Part shown: positions 25,596 through 33,000 of the stretch, piece by piece | Numbering within the stretch: position 1 is the stretch's first letter | Layout: each line of letters starts with the position of its first letter | From: Iphione sp. A-MEVVRFRX5 | Lineage: Eukaryota | Length of the DNA: 33,000 nt | Reading direction: 5' to 3' | NCBI GenBank assembly: GCA_976226885.1 | Contig: OZ320316.1 | Location: 81,096,001 to 81,129,000, forward strand | Translations under genes and position numbers: made by a program | The notes under the pieces: generated by a model | Databases searched by the model: none | The model's input: the letters and a program-made list of their open reading frames with translations, nothing else | Told to the model about the DNA's origin: nothing

Positions 25596-25840
25596 CCCCG
25601 CCCACAAGTACCTTATCTCGGGGTCAAGGGCGGGGGTTGAGCAGCGGGGGATGGGGGACAGGGCCGCGGCACGAGAAATAACTCTTAGCATTGTTCACTG
25701 TGCCTTCTTGATTTCACGTACGAGAAGGTACAGCTACACGCACCGGTGGTTGTTAGGTGATTGATGTCAGGAGGGACATTGCGACCTTTAAACCACCCAT
25801 CCAATAGGTGATTTGGTAGCCGGTGCTCAAGATGGCGGGC
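25596..25840. promoter_or_regulatory. GC-rich promoter-like patch with G-quadruplex potential
   Basis: GC boxes CCCCGCCC (25596) and GGGCGGGG (25628); six G-runs at 25620-25663; CCAAT at 25801; YY1-like CAAGATGGCGG at 25828-25838. Confidence 0.3.
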
Positions 25841-26763
25841 AAACAACGTTCTGTCCCTGCATGACCTGCATGTGCGTTAACGATATATATGCCTTTGGTG
25901 GGTACCTATGTCTACAAAGTTCCATAAAAGCCCAATTCTGAGTGTTCCATGGTGACTGACAGAATAACAGCTATTGGTTTCCACTTTGTCATTGTCAGTT
26001 GTATGTGCATGTCTCGTCGTTGATCATGTGTAACTATAGGTTGATGCTTTCAGCGTATGTTGTGTTACTCCTACACGAGAATACTGGCAATGTGAGGTTT
26101 GTTATTCACATTAATAGCGGGACGTAATATTTATTAATCATTCTTTTTAACATTATTTCTCTGTGTGGATTGTTCAGGCCACGCTAAAGCAAGTTTTCGC
26201 GTTCCACCCTTAGTAGAGAGACCTGGGTATTTGTCTAGGCATTGCATTTAGTTTCGTGCCATGTGTTCCATCGTGCGGTACGAAAAACGATGTTTCTGAT
26301 GTTACCAAATGTAAAGGCAGGCTCTTGACGTTTAAAATAGTTAATTGATTACTTTCCCCTTTTGTATATCGATATTTCGAGGCCATGAATTTTTAATAGC
26401 AATCTTTATTCATTTTGCAGTTACTGTGACAATAAGACAGAGCTATGGATACAGTATTTCCATTGACACTATCCAGAAGTGTCAGTATTTTTCATGAAAC
26501 AGTGTGTAAATTCTATTTTCAAGGCGAAAACATTAATGGGAAAATATTCAGCTACTTAACAGTCTATGTATACTACAAGTATTTATCTATTTATAATTGT
26601 ACATTTACCACATCATTTTCTATAATGATCTGAGGTGTAACGTCTTTCTATATGTAGTAGATAAAGTCTGCATGCGTTGCTCTCTCTCTTCACAGATGGT
26701 TTCAGTGGTATCCCATGTGCTCCTCTCCCTAGGCTGAGGCTTCGTTCAAACACAGTGCACGGT

Positions 26764-26766
<3 letters not shown>

Positions 26767-26828
<62 letters not shown>
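26767..26828. repeat. Perfect (AG)31 microsatellite
   Basis: Uninterrupted AG dinucleotide run read directly from the sequence. Confidence 0.99.
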
Positions 26829-26831
<3 letters not shown>

Positions 26832-27325
26832 GAAGGTAATGGTCGTCAGGGTCACCAGATTGCAGAGACGACCAGATTCCTCCAGTCTCCGAGGTGATCC
26901 TGGCCATAGTCTACTGTAAATGCAAAATAGATCAAAAACTGCAGATTGAATCATCTAAAAATTTACCAGTTTCGATGGTGCAGTAGATAATAGTGTTGAC
27001 ACTACCATAGTCTATGTACAGGGAGGGCAAGTCATGCGGCTGACCTTGGTTCAAATCCCAACCAGATCCGATGAATGCAAGAGACAATAATGATATAGAC
27101 GGACGGAAGAGGCAAAAAAGGAAGATAAAATTAAAACTCATTTATCTATTTTATGAAGAAAGATGTCACACCTCGGATCATAATAGAACGTGATCTGGCA
27201 TATGTTCAAAAGTAAAAATGTATAAATAGATTCCTCACTATGAATGCAAGAAGCGAAGATAACATAGACACAAAGAAAAGACAGAAAAACACAGTAAGAT
27301 TGCATGAGAAATATTTGTAATTGTA

Positions 27326-27715
27326 TTTTTTTTATTCAAAATTCTCAATAACAATACAGAGTCTTTCAAGTTGACAAATAGTTGAATAAATAAGGAACAC
27401 ACAAACGTATTACAACATGTGACAATATATTATAGTCATGTAGTACATGTTAATTCTCAGAAACCAATGCTGAAGGCAGAGGTAACCAGTTGATTACATA
27501 GACATAGAGCAATTGAGGCTGCAGCGGATAATACAGATACCATATGTTTTATGATGTCAAGAATACCTACACCAGAATAGTCAAGAATAAAGGTCTGGGA
27601 GTATGCTTGGAAGAGACTCCTCAAAATGGTAACACTAGTTTGCATGGCTCAGAAGTAATGTGTAAGTAGTTTTGATATTGTAACGTAACGACAGGTTTCA
27701 GGCTCAAAGGATTCT
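27326..27715 (-). mobile_element. 3' end of a decayed L1/Tx1-clade LINE
   Basis: The minus strand reads TCRY...LTHYF*A/CKLVLPF*, matching the C-terminal C..C....ET..H.FW.C..V..FW motif. About 300 bp later comes AATAAA merging into an A tract (plus-strand T tract at 27326). Confidence 0.5.
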
Positions 27716-28173
27716 ATTAAGTGTTTCTCTTTTCAGATGTAAATATGTGCATTACGCCTGTAAGATTATGTTGAGTCAAGCTTATACAGGAGACACCGAT
27801 AAGTGAAACATTTGTGTCCAAATTTATGTATTAACGTTAATACGGAAATCAAGGTTACGTTAAATTATGTGACAAGGTAAACAAAAGATGAATTCTTTGA
27901 AAAGACATAAACTATACCTTTCCGTTGTTGTTATTTCCCCCCTTAGTGGTTATCTATACCGTTTTTCATCCACACGACACAAGAAGATGGTAAATAATGT
28001 ACCCGGTATTTGATCTGGGTCAGTTCAAAGGCATACCCAAGTTTGGTGACCCGTCAAAACAATGATAGAGCACAATAGCTGTTGCACGATGAAATACCGG
28101 ATTGTATTGTCAATACCTGTATGTAAACTGTAGTCGGGGCTAAATGACTGTCCTAGTTCTCACAGGATTTGTT

Positions 28174-28342
28174 GAACCTTCTACAGCACATACTACCTTT
28201 CTCTATAGGATCCTTCTGGAAAGATCCTTTCCAGAACCTTCCATAGTACATACTACCTTGGATCCTTCTAGAGAGATCCTTTCTAGAACCTTCCGAGCTA
28301 TGCTCAGTACACACGTATTCCCTTCTAGGGGAGTTTCCAGAA
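28174..28342. repeat. Degenerate tandem repeat (52-60 bp) carrying 23-nt hairpins
   Basis: GAACCTTC...CATACTACCTT...GGATCCTTCTRGARAGATCCTTTCYA is repeated. Hairpins at 28214-28236 and 28266-28288, and a degraded third at 28323-28342. Confidence 0.85.
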
Positions 28343-28579
28343 TGTTCTTCCCACCCCACGCCACCGGTGGCTATCTCGGAGGATTATCCTCCGAGAACCC
28401 TTCAGAGAAACACATTCAATGCGCATTTTGTTCATACTCAAACACCGAAACGCTACAGTGCGATCCGTGTCGCGGTCGAAAAATGTTGAATTAGAGTTGA
28501 CCAGCTTTGGAAAGGGGCTTCAATGCTCCTTCCCATGCAGTAGACCAATCCCACCAAGATCAACACCTAATAGTTTCCA

Positions 28580-29320
28580 TGCGAGCTAGGCGTGTTAGGC
28601 AATTCTAATGACCCCATTTTCTAACATATAACAAAGTTTCTGAACTCGTAAAACTTTCCCAATTCCCGCTCATCTAAACAAACTGCAGCATTCCGAATGT
28701 AATGACTTGAATAATTCAAAATGATCGATATATTCCATCGTAGGGGTTCTCTTGAAATCGACCTAGATAAAATCTCCTGAGCACCAAAGCGTGTAGCATT
28801 GGATATATTTAGATAGTTTGATTCTCCCAAGTGTCTCTTCTGGAGGATAAAGAGAGTCAAGCTTGTTCACATTTCAAATACATAAATATTCATCGTATGT
28901 AAAGGAGGACTATGCATCTTGATATAAATATATACTTATTGTTAGTGCAGCTGTCCAAAGCAAGTTCATGATCCATGGTGTCTTCTACAGCACCTATTAA
29001 ATAGGTTATTTAAGATCCCTGAACTTTAGTGTTTCCTGTAAAGATCAGGCTAGCACTCCAGTGTACATAGCCAACCTACAATAAAGAATAATAAAGATGT
29101 CCAGAACTTCATCCAATAGAAAGAAAAAGGCTTTAATTCTGAAGGACATATATATATATATCAATCATGTGCGGGGTAAGGAAAGAAAATTCGTTGGTCG
29201 GAGGATCAACACAGCTTTATATACTAAAGTGTTACATGATGTCAAACTACAGGACAAGAAGTTTGGAAATAATGTAAGCTCACTGCTATCATGAACACGG
29301 AATCTTCGTGTATTATACAG
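28580..29320 (+). mobile_element. Decayed LINE reverse-transcriptase fragment (L2/Crack-like)
   Basis: Ordered remnants FPCELGV/RQ...PIF (GVRQG..LSP.LF), LEIDLDK (L.IN..KT), IYLD (YKYLG), and NNVSSLL/EHGIF. YADD is not recognisable. Confidence 0.45.
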
Positions 29321-29879
29321 TGACTTTGTGGATACGATACCTAAAGTACAAAGGCACCAACAACATTGACTGAGCACTCAAGAATACAGTGACTGGGGTT
29401 CACAAAATCCTTGCTTTATTCAAGTAAAACTGCCATCCTGAAGTGACAGTTAGTACCAATGCAATCTATTTATAACAGACGTCTTAGAGTCAGTTATGAT
29501 TTAAAGTATGTAATTGATACGTTTCCATACCAGTAATCGTACATACTTCCCATTTGGTATATTGAATTACCATTCGGTTACACACAGATTGGGCTTCACA
29601 CTATTCTGCCAAACCCAAGGAAGCCACAAGGGACCATTTGGTACCAATTTCAGATCCTCTGAATGGTAGATATACTGACACACTGCCATACTATAACAAC
29701 CCCTTCTCTCCGACAGAATAAATTCGCAAACCAGGCTTAGCCACATAAGAGGTACTACCCGTCCTACCTAAGTGAGAAATTAGTCTACCAGATACGCCAG
29801 CCTGAGCAACAACTGCCTTCAACCTCCTTGGATTTCAAGTCACAATCCAGACAATGAACTTATGACAATGAAAAATATT

Positions 29880-30125
29880 AGTAATGAGTCATAACTAAAT
29901 TGAAACCCAGACTTTGTACATTACTGAAACCTTTCATAAAAGTCACGACGCTAGATTTATCAACATATTCATCATCAAGTTTTTTAAATATCCAAGGAAG
30001 ATAAAAAAAATATCGCAATTTTATAGAAACTCTGTCCCTATCAATGTCATTGTCGAACCTCTTCAAATACCAGTTAGTTGGTACTTGACATGTCCTAAAC
30101 TCATAATGACCCCCAATATCAAGTC
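29880..30125 (-). mobile_element. Possible CR1-type LINE ORF2 C-terminus remnant
   Basis: GGH...LRYFFYLPWIFKKLDDEYVDKSSVVTFMK resembles the CR1 end RGH..KL...R..FF..R....WN.L...V...S...FK. Confidence 0.35.
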
Positions 30126-30799
30126 ATTTGCTCGAAGCACTTGATAAAATTATCAAGAGTAAAGCGTTCAATGCGTTAGGTGGTTTATCAGGAATCCTTT
30201 TGCAACCTTCAATCATCATTTAGACTCAAAATCAGTTACATGTGACGGTGGCATACGCCTCATTTTATGTTTGTTTAGTTTGAGACAAAATTGGCACCAT
30301 TACCAGGGACAAATAATCGAGGTAAATCGCACCATTTTACATTTATTTATTTATTCATTTATTCATTTATGGGTTTTCTGTCGCGCCATAGTAGCGAATG
30401 TGTTCCTTGAAAGGGCTTTTGTTTTAGGAAGATCCATCCGTTTCTTCAATCCTGATATTTTTCCTGCAGTTAAGTATAGCATTTATGCAACAGGTTGACC
30501 TTAATTACAGTCATTTTATTATCTCTGTTTCACTTTTTTCGTCGAGATAAATAATCATCAATTACATCATCCCGAAATTTTACGCAGTTAGCAGAGAATT
30601 TAATATTAGAATGACTGACATCCAAAATTTAATTTTAACTACCACATACAAGTTTACAAGTATTTTGTTTGTACTTCTACCAATATGCTACAGAATAGCA
30701 TCACCTGAGTGCCGCCAAGCAGCAACAGAACATTGCTACGTCTCAAAGATGCACACAACCGTTCCAAATTAACTGCCACTGTCTACGTCTCAAAACCAT

Positions 30800-30965
30800 T
30801 AAGGTACAAAAAACAATAGATGTGTTTCTGGTTACCAACCCCTACCTAGTAAAGTCTCACCCCTGTCTGAAAATATTTTTGCCTCAAAGAGTTCCCAAGG
30901 CTGAATTTCTTTAGACCTGTGTTTTTGCAGCACATTTTAAGTAAATTCAGGTGAAAAACAACAAA
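30800..30965 (-). mobile_element. MITE end, inverted homologue of 17640-17804
   Basis: TAA|GGTACAAAAAACAATAGATGTGTTTCTGGTTACCAACCCCTACCTAGTAAAGTCTCACCC...AAAGAGTTCCCAAGGCTGAATTTCTTTAGA aligns with the reverse complement of the 17.7-kb copy. Confidence 0.75.
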
Positions 30966-32399
30966 ATTCTTATAAATTCAGCACAAACGCCTGCAAAACG
31001 TATGCAAATTGGTCCAAAAAAGGAAGAAAACAGTGATTTACTCTAAATTTGACAAATTTGCACATGGAATTTGACTCTTCTATCAGCTACGTGATTCCTC
31101 TACAAATTCTCACAGACCTCCTCAGGTTGTCATGCTACCAATGAGATTAAAGCCTGCTAGGTTTTCTCTTTCCTTTCCTCATAACTCTGCACGAAAGATT
31201 GTCTATATCCCTCGAATCCATCCGTGTCTAGATAAGCACAAACCTGCTCAAGATCGGTTACTTTTCTCCAAGCACATCAAACCCTAGACTCTCAAAAGCT
31301 TTTGTAGGGTATTCTTCTCCAACTGACATGATTCATAACCATCACTTAATAATATGAAGTCGTCCAAGTTATTTGCTATACCAGTATCCGACCAGCTGTC
31401 CAATTCTTACCTGACAACATGAAAAATCTCAGTGAATATGTAAGGAGCAGACTTCAAGCTAAATTTAAAGTATCGTTTCCAAAACATTCCTGCGTGTTTA
31501 CGACCTCAAGCAAAACCCTTGCAACTCACCATGGTTGACATCAGCACTTACAGACTCATATTCCTTGCTGGTATCTAGTACACTCAGGAATTTGACTCTC
31601 TTTTGCATGTGTGTAATGTCACTAATGAAATTATATTTGAAATATACACATAATTTATCCTAAAGTTGGTAATAGTAATATTCACTGCCCGGAGCAACCA
31701 TTAATACGTCTGAATGAATCATTTCCTTTAGGTACTCCTCCCATAGTGTGTGCAGATCTGCGAAAGTCATCTACCCTACTAAGGGCCTTGGTCTAACTCA
31801 AAACTTTACTTGACATCTCCGTATGTCTTGATGGATCCATAATTCCCACAATTAAAGAAAGCTTGTGACATTTCCATTATCACTTTTGAAACCTGCCACA
31901 ACACTGCCCCACATACAATTCGTAAGTGCTAATTTCTTCTATGCCAAAAGAGCATCCTCTGAAGAACCCATAATGCAAACGTGCATAGGAGACCAAACTT
32001 CAGACTGGATGATTTTGGTCTCTCCTGCGATTTAGTCTTCTGTGCAAGTTGATAACTATTGTATAAATATAATTTGGGTCTTGGTCTCTCCCTTGGGTTG
32101 GTCTCCCCTGTGGGTCGGGTCTTCAAGTGAGTTTGAGCTGTATATGGATGCAGTTTTCTCTCAACCCAATCCAGAATGTGACAGGAATTAGAAATGTTAT
32201 TGAAATAATCACGAAAGGCCTAATCATGCTATTACTGTTGAATATTGCATATGTCAGGTCATTACTGGACACATCACATTTGCTGTCTGTAGAAAACCAC
32301 CGTGGATTTATCCTACTCAATACTTGCAAAATGAACCATTAATTATTCATCGACATCAGCTTGGCCAGTGAACAGCCACATGTCACCAGTTCCTTGTGA

Positions 32400-33000
32400 G
32401 GGTTTATTTATCACGTATTAAAAGACTATCCGTGACAAGGTTACGATCTAACAATGAAACTTCTTCCAAACTAGGGAATTTACATATATATATATACCGG
32501 GTACATATATTTGATGATTCAGCAACCAATGAGTGTCGCTTTTCCCTGTGACTCTCAGGTTTTATAGCCGTCTGAATTGATATGTGATGGACTCTCAGAA
32601 GCTTTAAGGTCTTTATGACCAAAACCATGCAAGCATGTGTAAACATCCAGAATTAGTACCAGGACATCTTCTCAAACAAAAATGGCTATATAACAGCTGA
32701 TCATTACCAAAGTTAAAATAAGATATGTCCTCTGTCACAACCTTTCTCCTAATTATCCTATTATATTTTATGAAGGAAATGTGTCTGTAAGGAGATTTCG
32801 CACTCTTGTCGAGCATAGCTAATAAATAATGCAAGTACTAATTGATAATATATTTAAGTTTTTTACTCTTACTGCTTCACTCATTTGCAATGCTTCCTAA
32901 TAGTTGACGAATGCTGCCCTTTACACTTTGAACAATATCTGGCTACCCTTGGCATAACAAAAGATGTTGCTCGTTGATACATGCCTTATCAGCATACTAT
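32400..33000 (-). mobile_element. Decayed L2/Crack-like LINE ORF2 C-terminus
   Basis: Track ORF 32404..32646 contains IKTLKLLRVHHISIQT...SHREKR, resembling the conserved TKLR.S.H.L.IETGRY...PREER motif. The upstream PYRHISFIK resembles L..Y..FK. Confidence 0.4.

Noticed and set aside
27615-27665. TGA at two conserved Trp positions suggesting an alternative genetic code
   Set aside because: Ordinary TGG>TGA decay in a dead LINE explains it; other TE frames in the window use TGG for Trp.
28174-28342. CRISPR-like array (palindromic repeats with spacers)
   Set aside because: Only 2-3 degenerate units, the spacers are homologous to each other, the context is eukaryotic and there are no cas genes.
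17801-30803. 13-kb composite transposon bounded by the inverted MITE ends
   Set aside because: The termini face each other with the element bodies pointing outward, so they do not enclose the intervening DNA.
1-33000. ORF-track entries as real genes
   Set aside because: All are 116 aa or shorter, many with non-ATG starts and no recognisable host domains. The informative ones are TE remnants or repeat translations (e.g. ERERER/SLSLSL from the AG microsatellite).

Overview
AT-rich eukaryotic (animal-like) non-coding DNA. The repeat content would fit a marine invertebrate deuterostome, but that is inference only. No intact protein-coding gene, rRNA, true tRNA or CRISPR array is recognisable, and all ORFs in the track are short and either chance ORFs or decayed transposon frames. 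The window is a transposable-element graveyard. Best-supported elements: a 5'-truncated Neptune-type Penelope-like retroelement (Cys linker + GIY-YIG endonuclease, - strand, ~0.8-1.9 kb); a decayed CR1/L2-group LINE endonuclease/linker (+, 7.3-8.6 kb); and a full-length tRNA-headed SINE with a Deu/Nin-like core, (GAAAT)n tail and probable target-site duplication (-, 10.2-10.55 kb). Also present: four pieces of a GGCC/TWA-ended MITE group, a Sola-like DNA transposon end with an acidic ORF remnant, several weaker LINE/DIRS remnants, minisatellites and an (AG)31 microsatellite. I cannot support a novel biological system here. The best second-look items are the intact SINE, a degenerate hammerhead-like motif, a hairpin repeat with a compensatory base change, and a G-quadruplex/promoter-like island. 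All family assignments come from motif recognition by eye, with no database search.
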